DNA of 64,000 bases from an uncultured delta proteobacterium (GTDB lineage Bacteria > Desulfobacterota > Binatia > Binatales > Binataceae), in assembly GCA_963842085.1 (NCBI GenBank), contig CAWJET010000001.1:2624001-2688000 (forward strand), written 5' to 3'. The translations under genes were made by a program, and so were the position numbers. The notes beneath the pieces were generated by a model that saw only the letters and a program-made list of their open reading frames with translations, was not told the origin of the DNA and made no database searches. Below are positions 9,984 through 19,675 of the stretch, piece by piece; positions within the stretch are counted from its first letter, which is position 1; the number at the start of each line of letters is the position of its first letter.

Positions 9984-10802
9984 TCACGACTTCGACGCGC
10001 GGACGTAGAGGAACAGCGCGATGTGATCGCGAAATTTGCGAAAAGCTTCCGGATGCAGCGCGCACGCGGACTCGGGCGCGCGCGGCTCGCAAATCTGCTC
10101 GAGCCGCAGACCCGCTGCGACGGTCGGGTTGATGTAGTCGGCAAGGGTGCGATCGAAACGCGGCACCGCGAACTCCTCAACCTGCGCCGCGTCGGGCGCG
10201 TGGCCGAACTTCCAGCGCTCGATCCACGCCTCGTCGTTGAAGTAATCAGCGACGGTGAATTTGATTGCGCGCCCGGAGTCATCCCGAATCCAGCCGAACC
10301 CCTTGGTCGAGAAACATGGATGCAGGATGCTGTACGCAAGCGTCCCGCCTGGACGCAGCACGCGCGCGATTTCCCGCATCGCGCCGGGAAAATCAGGGCC
10401 GTCCATCAGCGCCATCGTTGAGATGACCGCGTCGAATGATTCTGCGCCGAAGATCGCCAGGTCGGTGAAGGAAGCGCGCTCGTAGCGGATTCCCAGCGGT
10501 TCGCGGAGTTCCTCCGCGCGCGCAAACTCGATCATTTTAGCGGACAGGTCCACCCCCGTCATGCGAGCGCCGCGCCGCGCGAAGATCCTCGTGTTGTGGC
10601 CCTCGCCGCAGCCGGCATCGAGCACGGTCTTGCCGCTCAGATTGCCGGCGAATTCCAGGAAAGCGGGATTGTTCCAATGCTCGCGAAAGATGTCCCAGCG
10701 GTTGCGAACCTGGTCGGCCCACACGTCGGCATTACGATCCCATTGGGCGGCGACTTCGGACTCCGCGATCTTCGGCGGCACTGGTTTCTCTCCTTCGCGC
10801 AA
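9984..10802 (-). CDS. Class I SAM-dependent methyltransferase
   Basis: VLDAGCGEG, GVDLS, RVLRPGG, SILHPCF. Confidence 0.88.
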   Translation of the reverse strand: MREGEKPVPPKIAESEVAAQWDRNADVWADQVRNRWDIFREHWNNPAFLEFAGNLSGKTVLDAGCGEGHNTRIFARRGARMTGVDLSAKMIEFARAEELREPLGIRYERASFTDLAIFGAESFDAVISTMALMDGPDFPGAMREIARVLRPGGTLAYSILHPCFSTKGFGWIRDDSGRAIKFTVADYFNDEAWIERWKFGHAPDAAQVEEFAVPRFDRTLADYINPTVAAGLRLEQICEPRAPESACALHPEAFRKFRDHIALFLYVRASKS

Positions 10803-10968
10803 GTGCGATGCGCGGCAGAAAAAAATGCGGACGAGGTAATCTCGTCCGCTAAAGGACCGGGTTGTGGCGGATGAGCGGTCGCATCGCGATCGTCATCCTG
10901 AGGGTTTGGCGAGTATATGCGTGTTGCTCAACGTTGACAAGCGTGCGGCTCGCCTTGATCGTGAACGC

Positions 10969-12306
10969 ATGATGCAGGAACGCTCCAGCGCTTGCGCCGC
11001 GGCTAGAGTTGAGGCGGTCGGTCTCGATTTCGGCACCACCAACAGTGCTATCGCGATCGTCGGCGCAGACGGCTCGCCGCGCCTGGCGCGGTTCCCCGCC
11101 GCGGAGGGTGGCGATGCGTCCGACACCTTCCGCTCGATTCTGTTTTTCGAGGCGCCCGAGGAAACCGGCGGCACCGATTCGGCGGTCGCGGTCGGCAACG
11201 ACGCGATTCGGCGCTACCTTGCAGCCGCGGGCAACGGCCGGCTGGTGCAATCGCTCAAGTCGTTTCTGGCGGACAAGACGTTCGAATCGACCGACATCAT
11301 GGGCGAGACGTACACGCTCGGAGATCTGATCGCGCCGATCATCAGCGCCCTCCGCGACGCCGCGATTGCGCAGTTCGGCGAGTTGCCACCGCGAATCGTC
11401 GTCGGCCGCCCGGTTCATTTCGCCGCCGCCGGCAATCCGGACGAGGCGCTCGCGCGCAGCCGGCTGGATATCGCGATCCGGCGGGCAGGATGGACCGACG
11501 TGGTGTTCGAGTACGAGCCGGTTGGGGCCGCGTACGACTACGCGCTGCGAATCACGCGCGACGAAACAGTATTGATTGCGGACTTCGGCGGCGGCACCAG
11601 CGATTTCTCGGTGCTGCGATTGAAGCCGCGGGCGGCCGCGAAGCATGGCGTGGCGCGCTACGAGATTCTGGGCAACGACGGCGTCGGCATCGCAGGCGAC
11701 GCCTTCGACGGCCGCGTGATGCGCCATCTGGTCGCGCCCGCGCTGGGCCGCGGCACGAAATACCGTTCGCCGTATGGGATGGTGCTGCCGGCACCGACCT
11801 GGCCGTACACCAAGCTGGAGCGATGGCACCATCTGTCGTTCCTTAAGGCTCGCGCGACGATGCTCAGGTTCGAGGAACTGAAGCGCGAATCGTTCGAGCC
11901 TGAAAAGATCGCCGCGCTGATTCATATCGTGGAAAATGATCTCGGCTACTTTCTGTTTCGAGCGGTGGAGAAGACCAAGCTCGCGCTGTCCGAGCTGGAA
12001 GCGGCGCACTTCATGTTTTCCGATCCGCCGGTCTTGATCGAGAAGATAGTGGCGCGGCCGGATTTCGAGAATTGGATCGCACGCTATCTCGAACAAATCG
12101 CCGGATGCGTCGATCGGCTGATGAAGACGGTTGCGCTCAAGCCCGGGGCGATCGATAGCGTGTTCCTGACCGGGGGGTCGTCGTTCGTGCCCGCCGTCCG
12201 ACGGATCTTCATCGATCGCTTCGGCGCCGATCGAATCCGAATGGGCGGCGAGTTCACCTCCGTCGCGCGCGGCCTGGCATTGCGCGCGCTCGACGCAAGC
12301 GAATGA
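10969..12306 (+). CDS. Hsp70-family protein (YegD-like)
   Basis: GLDFGTTNS, IVVGRPVHF, EYEPVGAA, DFGGGTSDFS, FLTGGSS. Confidence 0.9.
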   Translation: MMQERSSACAAARVEAVGLDFGTTNSAIAIVGADGSPRLARFPAAEGGDASDTFRSILFFEAPEETGGTDSAVAVGNDAIRRYLAAAGNGRLVQSLKSFLADKTFESTDIMGETYTLGDLIAPIISALRDAAIAQFGELPPRIVVGRPVHFAAAGNPDEALARSRLDIAIRRAGWTDVVFEYEPVGAAYDYALRITRDETVLIADFGGGTSDFSVLRLKPRAAAKHGVARYEILGNDGVGIAGDAFDGRVMRHLVAPALGRGTKYRSPYGMVLPAPTWPYTKLERWHHLSFLKARATMLRFEELKRESFEPEKIAALIHIVENDLGYFLFRAVEKTKLALSELEAAHFMFSDPPVLIEKIVARPDFENWIARYLEQIAGCVDRLMKTVALKPGAIDSVFLTGGSSFVPAVRRIFIDRFGADRIRMGGEFTSVARGLALRALDASE

Positions 12307-12364
12307 CGGCGGCAAGGACCCACGGCTTCTGAATGATGGCCCGCACAATGGCGCTTTAGATTTC

Positions 12365-13219
12365 TCACGCGAGCGAGACGAAGTAGCGCTCTCTCAGGCT
12401 GGCGATGTGTTCGATTAGCCAGCTTGGAACTTCAACCTGCGACGCCCAGGAGTCCCACAATTCCGGATAACTCATGGAAATGAATTGAGGAAAGCTGCCG
12501 TTGACCATCTTCTGAAATCGGCGGATTTCGTCTCGATGCTGCTCAAAAATAGGGAACTCGAAGGCATTCGCGGGCTCCCAGAACACGTATAGCAGGATGG
12601 TAGGAATTCCTTTGAAGCATCGGGCCAAACCGAAGGCATGTTTTATCAACTGGGGCACGTCTAAGTGCAGAAACTCGGAGTTCCCACTGATGATTGACTC
12701 CATTGAGGCAAACCAAGGACCGTCGCGGCGCTCGTCATGAATTTGTGCCGAGTATGCGGGGCTAAAGCGCCGCGATACTTTTACGCCAAAGTATTCAGTG
12801 CATTTTGACTCCATGGCAACGACTGTTGTCTGGCCTTCGCTGACCAGGTCTAAATTGGGCGCTGTACCACCTCGCAGCCCGGGTGGACACTTCCTCTCAA
12901 ATGTAACGGCGTTGAATCCCACGGTTCCCGCAAGGGCCAGTTCTCGCGCACGCTTTCCGATCTTAAACGGCGCGAAACAATTTACTACCAACGCGGAGGA
13001 GGAGTGTGCCGCTAGGAATTTCGACTCTAGTTCGTTGCCATCTCCTTTTCTCAGCTCGGTTTCGAACTGAGCCCGCGACACTCCAGGAAGGAGATTATCC
13101 TCGATACAGCCGACGTAGCCGATGTCCGAAATTTTTGCAGTCGGCTTCGCGAGAGAAAAGCCCTTCGCTAACGCTCGGCAGGCGATCGCTTGCAATCCAG
13201 TTTTCAGTGAGATCGGCAC
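12365..13219 (-). CDS. Putative PD-(D/E)xK restriction endonuclease-like protein (PGN_0703-like)
   Basis: HSSSALVVNCF, PNLDLV...ESKCTE, QLIKHAFGL; visibly AT-richer than flanks; GTG start at 13219 inferred. Confidence 0.65.
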   Translation of the reverse strand: MPISLKTGLQAIACRALAKGFSLAKPTAKISDIGYVGCIEDNLLPGVSRAQFETELRKGDGNELESKFLAAHSSSALVVNCFAPFKIGKRARELALAGTVGFNAVTFERKCPPGLRGGTAPNLDLVSEGQTTVVAMESKCTEYFGVKVSRRFSPAYSAQIHDERRDGPWFASMESIISGNSEFLHLDVPQLIKHAFGLARCFKGIPTILLYVFWEPANAFEFPIFEQHRDEIRRFQKMVNGSFPQFISMSYPELWDSWASQVEVPSWLIEHIASLRERYFVSLA

Positions 13220-13224
13220 TTCTG

Positions 13225-13983
13225 TCAGGCGAGGGCGTGGGGGTAGGTGGTTGTTAGTGCTGGCATTTCCAGGCCTAGCTGCTCGCAGCGGCGGGCCAGC
13301 ATCGTGACGTACAGCTCGGCGAGTTCTTCGTTGTCGCGGGATTTCAGGCCGTAGCGGAGGCAGTCGTAGGTGAAGCCGGTGCCGGGCGGGCCGAAGAAGT
13401 TCACGGCGCGCGGGAGCCATCGGCGCAGCGCGGTGTTGACCGACTTGACGCCGAAGCGCTCGACGGCGTTGCCGAGCTGGCGCGAGGCGAAGATTTCGTG
13501 GTCGGCTTCCTCGTCGAGAATTATTTCGGCGGCGCGCGCATGCGGCGCGTAGCTCGACTCGCGGTAGTTCTCGCCGATCATGATGAGGCCGGTGGTGTCG
13601 AGGCTCAGCGACGCCATCATGAGGTCGAGCTCGCCTTCGGCCCTGGAGGCAAAGTAGCTAGGCGCGTCGAAGGAGGGCGCCTTGAGCACGGCGATCATCG
13701 AGCGGTCGGCGGCCTGCTGGGTGACGCCGAGTTCTTCGAGCGCATCGTAGATGAGCCGCGCGTGTTTTTTTTCTTCGGCGAAGTTCTTCTCGACGATTGG
13801 CCGCAGCTCGGGATTGTCGAGCGTCGCGAGCGCGCGCTGATAGCCGAGCGCCGTGAGCTTCTCGGCCATCGCGTGCGCCGCGAGCAGGCGCAGCAACACC
13901 TTGGTGTAGTGCGAATCGACGCGACCCTCGTTGAGCGCGGCGGCGTCCAGCGATCGCGGCGGGAACTCGCGCCGGATCGGCAT
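13225..13983 (-). CDS. Ferritin-like di-iron protein (PaaA/PaaC-like)
   Basis: Two ExxH motifs (EEKKH, EEADH); SSYAPHARA, RWLPRAVNFFG. Confidence 0.72.
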   Translation of the reverse strand: MPIRREFPPRSLDAAALNEGRVDSHYTKVLLRLLAAHAMAEKLTALGYQRALATLDNPELRPIVEKNFAEEKKHARLIYDALEELGVTQQAADRSMIAVLKAPSFDAPSYFASRAEGELDLMMASLSLDTTGLIMIGENYRESSYAPHARAAEIILDEEADHEIFASRQLGNAVERFGVKSVNTALRRWLPRAVNFFGPPGTGFTYDCLRYGLKSRDNEELAELYVTMLARRCEQLGLEMPALTTTYPHALA

Positions 13984-14002
13984 CGCGGGTTACCTCATTG
14001 CC

Positions 14003-14443
14003 TCACTGGCTCGCGGCGCGCGAGGGCAGGATCACGGTGGCGGAGCCCGGCGTGGTCTTTTCGCCCTTGGCGTTCTCGAGCCAGATTTCGCAATCGACCA
14101 GGTGGTGGCCGCCATCGGTGTATTTTTTGGAGACCTTGCCGCGCGCGACCACCTTGGTCCCGGGCTGATCCATCCCGCGGTACTGGACGCCGAGCTTGCG
14201 CAGCCATCCCAGCTCGCCGGCGAAGTCGGTCATCAGGTGGCCGAGGAACGCATTCTTCAACGCGCCGTGCAGGATTACGCCGGGGAGGCCGTTGCCGAGC
14301 GCGAAGTCCTTGTCGTAGTGGATTTGATAGAAGTCGCCCGACGCGCCGGCGTACCTGACGAGCTGCTGGGTGGTCGGATTCTTTTCGAGCGGGCCGATCT
14401 CGGTGCCGACTTCGACATCTTCGAAATAGATTTGCCTGGCCAT
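14003..14443 (-). CDS. MaoC-family (R)-hydratase, catalytic subunit
   Basis: YAGASGDFYQIHYD, LPGVILHG. Confidence 0.88.
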   Translation of the reverse strand: MARQIYFEDVEVGTEIGPLEKNPTTQQLVRYAGASGDFYQIHYDKDFALGNGLPGVILHGALKNAFLGHLMTDFAGELGWLRKLGVQYRGMDQPGTKVVARGKVSKKYTDGGHHLVDCEIWLENAKGEKTTPGSATVILPSRAASQ

Positions 14444-14466
14444 CGTGGATATCCCCTTCAGTGACT

Positions 14467-14916
14467 CTAGTAGCGGATTCCGGTCGAGCGTTGAATGACG
14501 CAGACCTCGCCGAACTGGTTGGTGTAAGTGGTCTCGACCACGGTGAAGACCATCGGGCCGAGGCGGCCGGCGGCCTCGCGCAGATCGACGAGTCTGGACT
14601 GCACGGTGATGCGGTCGCCGGGGCGAATCGGGACGAAGTACTCCCAGTCCGAGCCGCCGTCGAGGCCGCGGAAGGTGGGCATGTCGAGCCTGATGTCTGG
14701 AATCGGCGAGCCCATCGAGCGGCAGAACGTCGGTGGTGCGATCATGCCGCCGAAGCGGGTCTGGCGCGCGTCGCGCTCGCTGTTGAAGAGCGGATTGCGA
14801 TCCTCGATCGCCTCGGCGAAGCGGCGGATCGCGCCGCGCTCGACGTCGTAAGTCCGCGGTTCGGAGACCTTGCCGATTTGCTTGCGCGCTTCGTCAGTGA
14901 CGTATTTGTTCGCCAT
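14467..14916 (-). CDS. MaoC N-terminal/FAS1-like dehydratase subunit
   Basis: VERGAIRRFAEAI.DRNPL, IAPPTF, TYTNQFGE. Confidence 0.85.
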   Translation of the reverse strand: MANKYVTDEARKQIGKVSEPRTYDVERGAIRRFAEAIEDRNPLFNSERDARQTRFGGMIAPPTFCRSMGSPIPDIRLDMPTFRGLDGGSDWEYFVPIRPGDRITVQSRLVDLREAAGRLGPMVFTVVETTYTNQFGEVCVIQRSTGIRY

Positions 14917-15060
14917 CGTCTTTTGGTTGTTCCCTCATTGGATTACGGGTGCATCGGCGATCTATTACCACAGCCGCGCGCGACGGTATAACGCCGCGTC
15001 ATTTGCGCTTGGGATGCGCGGGACTAGGATGGGGACGGGCCGCAATCGGAGGATACACAA

Positions 15061-15354
15061 ATGGCGAAGCTCAGCGCGGAGCAGATAGCGGAGAAGCTGA
15101 AGGCGTTGCCAGGATGGGAGTACAAGGACAACGCCATCAGCAAAATGTTCAAGTTCAAGGAGTACCTGCACGGCATCGAGTTCGTGCAGAAGGTCGCCGA
15201 GATTGCCGAGGCCGCCGACCATCATCCGGACATTACGATCAACTACACGCGTGTGACGTTCTCATGCTCGACGCATAGCGAGAGCGGGGTGACCGACAAG
15301 GACTTCAAGCTGGCGGACAATATTGAGATCGCTTTCAACGATCGCGACACGTAG
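15061..15354 (+). CDS. phhB: Pterin-4a-carbinolamine dehydratase
   Basis: AEAADHHPDI, STHSESGVTDKDFKLA; GGAGG RBS. Confidence 0.9.
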   Translation: MAKLSAEQIAEKLKALPGWEYKDNAISKMFKFKEYLHGIEFVQKVAEIAEAADHHPDITINYTRVTFSCSTHSESGVTDKDFKLADNIEIAFNDRDT

Positions 15355-15357
15355 CGC

Positions 15358-15687
15358 TCAGCCGGCGAGCGTGATCCAGGCTGCCGCCGCGGCGGTTTTC
15401 GGCGCCGCCTGGATTTCGCCGACCAGTTCGCGTAGCGCGGACAGTGCGACGCGCTCGACCGCTTTCAGAGCGTTGGGCACGACGCGCGCGCTTTCTGCGG
15501 CCGCCAGCTCCGGCTCGGCGTGATACGGCTGATAGGACTCGGGAATCGCAGGATCGAACAGTTGCAAGCTCCTGCGCGAGAGCACGCGAGGTGCAGTCGC
15601 CGGTCCGGCCATCACGACCGCGGTCGCACGGCCGGTCTTGACGCGAAAGCCGATCGCGAGCTGCGGTAATTTGTCTTTCGACACCAT
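15358..15687 (-). CDS. Hypothetical protein, possibly internally deleted
   Basis: GFRVKTGRATAVV...QPYH N-terminus joined abruptly to a KTAAAAAWITL C-terminus. Confidence 0.55.
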   Translation of the reverse strand: MVSKDKLPQLAIGFRVKTGRATAVVMAGPATAPRVLSRRSLQLFDPAIPESYQPYHAEPELAAAESARVVPNALKAVERVALSALRELVGEIQAAPKTAAAAAWITLAG

Positions 15688-15704
15688 CGCCTTGGGTCAA
15701 AACA

Positions 15705-16166
15705 TCAGCGGGATTTCCAAATCGAATACTTCGGCGGCCAGGAGCCGTGGCCGCCCGGGTATTTCGCGTGCATCACGCTTTCGATGCCGAACTCGAATGG
15801 AAGATCGTCGTGGGTGCTGGTCATGCCGCGGTCGACGCAGTCGGTGCGGACTTTGTCGGCGATGGCGCCGCTGTCGATGAACATCGCGCGGCCCATCAGG
15901 AGGAACTCGTCGTCAACGTTGACCGGCGGAAAGGTGTGCAGCGCGTAGCGGCCGTCGCGGCGGAGGTCGGCGCGCTTGGGCGACGGACCAATGAGCGCAT
16001 AGAGGTGGCCGCCCACGATGGTGGGGCAAATGGGATGCAGGCGCGGTGCGCCGTCTTTGCGCAGGGTCGCCAGGAAGGCCAGGCCAACTCCGAACTGGTA
16101 GAGCAACTGTTTTCCGGCCGCCGCGATATCGGGCGCGTCGTTCTCGAGTTCACTCCAGGTCGCCAT
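15705..16166 (-). CDS. Pyridoxamine 5'-phosphate oxidase-like (split-barrel) protein
   Basis: FLATLRKDGAPRLHPI, SPKRADLRRDGRYALH; AGGAGGAG RBS before ATG at 16166. Confidence 0.85.
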   Translation of the reverse strand: MATWSELENDAPDIAAAGKQLLYQFGVGLAFLATLRKDGAPRLHPICPTIVGGHLYALIGPSPKRADLRRDGRYALHTFPPVNVDDEFLLMGRAMFIDSGAIADKVRTDCVDRGMTSTHDDLPFEFGIESVMHAKYPGGHGSWPPKYSIWKSR

Positions 16167-16531
16167 GGGATTTCTCCTCCTTGGAGCGACTATTTTCGTC
16201 ATTTGTTCGCCTTAGGTCAAGGGTGAGTTGTGGAGGATCAATTCGTGCCCAACTGCTCAAATTAGGCGGGACTGGTGCGATTTCCGACTGACCGAAAATG
16301 GTTGGGAGGAGGCAACTCATACCATGTGTAGTGGTTCCGCGCCGGTGCCCTACCGTCGGTGGGTTCGTTCCGTCAAAAATTGTTTCAGCCGCGAGCCGAT
16401 GTCGCCCGATCTCAGCCGAGCCGAACAAGTGGAGAGTATCGTGATGGGTGTCCATACCACAGTAGTAGCACAGATACGCCGGCGGGGTCAGGCTGAATAG
16501 TTCCCGGCCTGAAGACAAGATTGGACGCGGA

Positions 16532-16939
16532 GACTCGAAACCGGAACCGGCTTCGCTGGCGCGAAGCTGTCCGAGATCCTTTCTCGGCTCGCGTTGCTCG
16601 CGTCGTCAGGATGACAGATGGCCGCTCGCGTCGTCAGGATGACGGGATAGGAGGCAGCGACTCGAAACCGGAACCGGCTTCGCTGGCGCGAAGCTGTCCG
16701 AGATCCTTCCTTGGCTCGCGTTGCTCGCGTCGTCAGGATGACACAGAGACTGCGCTCGCGTCGTCAGGATGACAGGATAGGAGGCAAAGACTCGAAACCG
16801 GAACCGGCTTCGCTGGCGCGAAGCTGTCCGAGATCCTTCCCTGCGCTCGCGCTGCTCGCTTCGTTCAGGATGACAAAGAGACTGCACTCGCTTCGGGCGG
16901 GATGACAAAGAGACTGCGCTCGCTTCGGGCAGGATGACA
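16532..16939. repeat. Tandem array of REP-like palindromic units, family A (3 x ~128 bp)
   Basis: Units start at 16532, 16659 and 16789 with GACTCGAAACCGGAACCGGCTTCGCTGGCGCGAAGCTGTCCGAGATCCTT; seven GGATGAC termini. Confidence 0.92.
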
Positions 16940-16949
16940 AACAACGCCC

Positions 16950-17588
16950 TCAATTCTTGCGGGGGACGAAGTACTGGGTACCGGGGCCGGCGTGGTCGAT
17001 TTCGCGAATCAACTGGACGAGGTCGTCGCGATTGGCGACGAAGTCGATAGCCGAGGTATCGACGACCAGCAGCGGGGCCTCGTCGTAGTAGAAAAAGAAG
17101 TCGCGGTAGGCTGACGACACGCGCTCGAGGTAGTCGAAGCTGATGTGGCGCTCGAAATCGCGATTGCGCTTGCGCAGGCGCTCGGCCAGCACCTCGATCG
17201 TCGCGCGCACGTAGACGACGAGGTCGGGCCGGGCCATCTCGGCGTCGAGCAGCTTGTACACGTTGTCGTAGAGCTTGAGCTCGTCGGGTGCGAGGTTCAT
17301 CGCGGCGAAGATTTTATCCTTGGCGAAGAGATAGTCGGCGACGGTGGCCTGGGCAAAGAGGTCCTGCTGCTTGAGCTCGCGCTGCTGGTTGTGGCGGGTG
17401 AGCAGAAAATAGAGCTGAGCGGGAAACGCGTACTTGTCGGGGTCCTGGTAGAAGCGGGGCAGGAACGGGTTGTTGTCGGCGTCCTCGAGGATGAGGCGCG
17501 CACCCAGCTCGCGGGCGAGCGCCTGCGCGAGGCTGGTTTTGCCGACCCCGATGGGGCCTTCGACCGCGATATAGCCGCGCCGGCGCAT
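16950..17588 (-). CDS. Deoxynucleoside kinase
   Basis: IAVEGPIGVGKTSLA, NPFLPRFY, QLYFLLTR, DYLFAKD, PDLVVY. Confidence 0.92.
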   Translation of the reverse strand: MRRRGYIAVEGPIGVGKTSLAQALARELGARLILEDADNNPFLPRFYQDPDKYAFPAQLYFLLTRHNQQRELKQQDLFAQATVADYLFAKDKIFAAMNLAPDELKLYDNVYKLLDAEMARPDLVVYVRATIEVLAERLRKRNRDFERHISFDYLERVSSAYRDFFFYYDEAPLLVVDTSAIDFVANRDDLVQLIREIDHAGPGTQYFVPRKN

Positions 17589-17646
17589 CGGGCCTCGATT
17601 GTGGCACTAGCTCATCGCAGTCGCGAGCGTGGAGCGCCGACGCCGG

Positions 17647-18504
17647 TCACTTGCGATGCTTCTTGGCCAGGTCGCGGAGTTTGCGAACCTGGTCGTCGGG
17701 CGCGCCGCCGCGCTCTTCGAGGTCGGCGGCGGTGTCATAGTCGGGCGGAGTCCGGCTGAGATAGATCTGAGCCAATTCGAGGTTGGCGACCTTGTTGTCG
17801 GGATAATCGCCGATCACGTCATTGAGCAGCTTGAAGTTCGCGTCAGGCGTGCCGGCGTCCTTGGCGGCCTCGTTGATCTTGTGCATCATCGGGTCGGCTT
17901 CGGGCCCGAGCGTGTCCATCTTGTGCGCTCTGGCGAGCAGCATCGCGGCGCGGATGCCTTGTTCGTAGCTATCGATGGCGTCGTGGTACTTCTTGTCCTG
18001 CATCTGCTGGTCGCCGACTCTTTCTATGATCGGGATCGCATCGGAGAGCGCGTTGACCGCTTTCTGACGCGCCGCCGGTATCTTGGTCGTGAAGATGATT
18101 TCCTTCAGCCTGCCGACACCGTCATCGACCTTGCCCGCCTTGATGTCGTCGAGCGCCTGGCCCGAAGAGTTCGCCAGGTCCTCGAGCTGCTTGTAGAGCC
18201 GGGCCTTGTCGAGCAGTTTCTGATCGGTGGGATCGAGTGCCGAGGCTGCCATGTATTCCTTGGCGGCGCCTTCCTGGTCGCCGAGCGCTTCATCGATATT
18301 GGCGAGCGCTTTGTGCGCGTCGAGGCTGGAGGGGTCGTCCTTTATGGACAGCTCGAGCTCTTTCTTGGCGCCGTCGAGGTCGCGCTTTTCGAACAGATCT
18401 TCAGCTTTGTACAGATGCTTCTTCGCCTCGGACTGGCATCCGCTGACGAACGGTATTGCCAGCAGGACCGGCAGTATCAGCGCGCGCGCGATAACTGTTC
18501 GCAT
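17647..18504 (-). CDS. TPR-repeat lipoprotein
   Basis: VSGC lipobox; helical TPR-like repeats. Confidence 0.7.
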   Translation of the reverse strand: MRTVIARALILPVLLAIPFVSGCQSEAKKHLYKAEDLFEKRDLDGAKKELELSIKDDPSSLDAHKALANIDEALGDQEGAAKEYMAASALDPTDQKLLDKARLYKQLEDLANSSGQALDDIKAGKVDDGVGRLKEIIFTTKIPAARQKAVNALSDAIPIIERVGDQQMQDKKYHDAIDSYEQGIRAAMLLARAHKMDTLGPEADPMMHKINEAAKDAGTPDANFKLLNDVIGDYPDNKVANLELAQIYLSRTPPDYDTAADLEERGGAPDDQVRKLRDLAKKHRK

Positions 18505-18627
18505 CGGAATGTTCCTCTCGGGGTTAGGCGAAATCCGGATGAGTCTGCAAGCAATGGCGCGGAATTGTCAAGTTGAAACGCGACCCGCGCGGCGTGCGCG
18601 CATACTTTGCGAAGATCGCGGCGCGGC

Positions 18628-19569
18628 TCAGTCCGCAGGCATCGGGAGCGGGAAATGCACGCGCTCCTTGGCGACGCTGAGCAGCTCGACCTCGGCGCCG
18701 GCGCGGGCGAACGCTCCGATAATTTCCTCGACCAGCCATTCGGGCGACGACGCGCTCGCAGTCAAGCCGAGCGCGCGCACACCGTCGAGCATCGCCGGCT
18801 CGACGTCGGCGATCGAATCGACCAGGAACGCGCGCGCGCCGCGCATCCGCGCAACCTCGACCAGCCGGTTGGCGTTCGAGCTTTGCTTCGAGCCGACGAC
18901 CAGCACGGCGTCGCTGACCTGCACCAGTTCCTTGACGGCGTTCTGGCGGTTTTGGGTGGCGTAGCAGATGTCGTCGGTCTTCGGCGCCTGCATCGAGGGG
19001 AAACGCTGCTTGAGCGTCTCCATGATGTCGCGCGTGTCATCGACGCTGAGCGTGGTCTGCGTGACGGCGGCGATGCGCGCGGAATTCTCGACCGGCACCG
19101 TGCGCGCCTCGGCGACAGTGCCGACCAGCACCACCTTGCCGGGCGCGACCCCGAGAGTGCCCTTCACTTCCTCGTGGCCGGCGTGACCGATGAGAATCAC
19201 GGTGCGGCCCTCGTCGTCGTACTTTTTGACTTCGAGATGGACCTTGGTGACGAGCGGGCAGGTGGCGTCGATGACGCGCAGTGAGCGATCCTTGGCGCGG
19301 TCCCATTCGCTGGGCGCTACTCCGTGGGCGCTGAAGATGACGCGCTGGCCGGTCGGCACCTCGTCCAGGCTCTCGACAAAAATCGCGCCTTCGCGTTCCA
19401 GCGCTTCGAGGACGAAGCGGTTGTGGACGATCTGATGGCGCACGTAGAGCGGGCGGCCGTATGACCGCAGCGCGCTGCGGACGGCCTCGACCGCGCGATC
19501 GACGCCGGCGCAAAAGCCGCGCGGCTCAGCCAGGATGATTTTTTCAACCGATGTTTCGCCCAACGCCAT
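18628..19569 (-). CDS. ispH: 4-hydroxy-3-methylbut-2-enyl diphosphate reductase
   Basis: PRGFCAGVDRA, IVHN, SAHGV, DATCPLVTKVH, QTTLS, ICYATQNRQ. Confidence 0.96.
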   Translation of the reverse strand: MALGETSVEKIILAEPRGFCAGVDRAVEAVRSALRSYGRPLYVRHQIVHNRFVLEALEREGAIFVESLDEVPTGQRVIFSAHGVAPSEWDRAKDRSLRVIDATCPLVTKVHLEVKKYDDEGRTVILIGHAGHEEVKGTLGVAPGKVVLVGTVAEARTVPVENSARIAAVTQTTLSVDDTRDIMETLKQRFPSMQAPKTDDICYATQNRQNAVKELVQVSDAVLVVGSKQSSNANRLVEVARMRGARAFLVDSIADVEPAMLDGVRALGLTASASSPEWLVEEIIGAFARAGAEVELLSVAKERVHFPLPMPAD

Positions 19570-19675
19570 GCTTCATTTGTAACTGGTAACTGTCCGGGCG
19601 GTCAATGATGCTCTGGTCCTCGGCCCGTTATTTCACGGCAGAGGTCAGATGAGGGTTCTGTGGCGTGGCAATGTT

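Noticed and set aside
16203-16520. ORFs 16150-16518 (-) and 16228-16500 (+) as genes
   Set aside because: No recognisable motifs and atypical codons; probably degenerate sequence next to the repeat array.
16532-16939. Tandem repeats as a CRISPR array
   Set aside because: Intervening sequences are themselves repeated, units are ~128 bp, there are no unique spacers and no cas genes.
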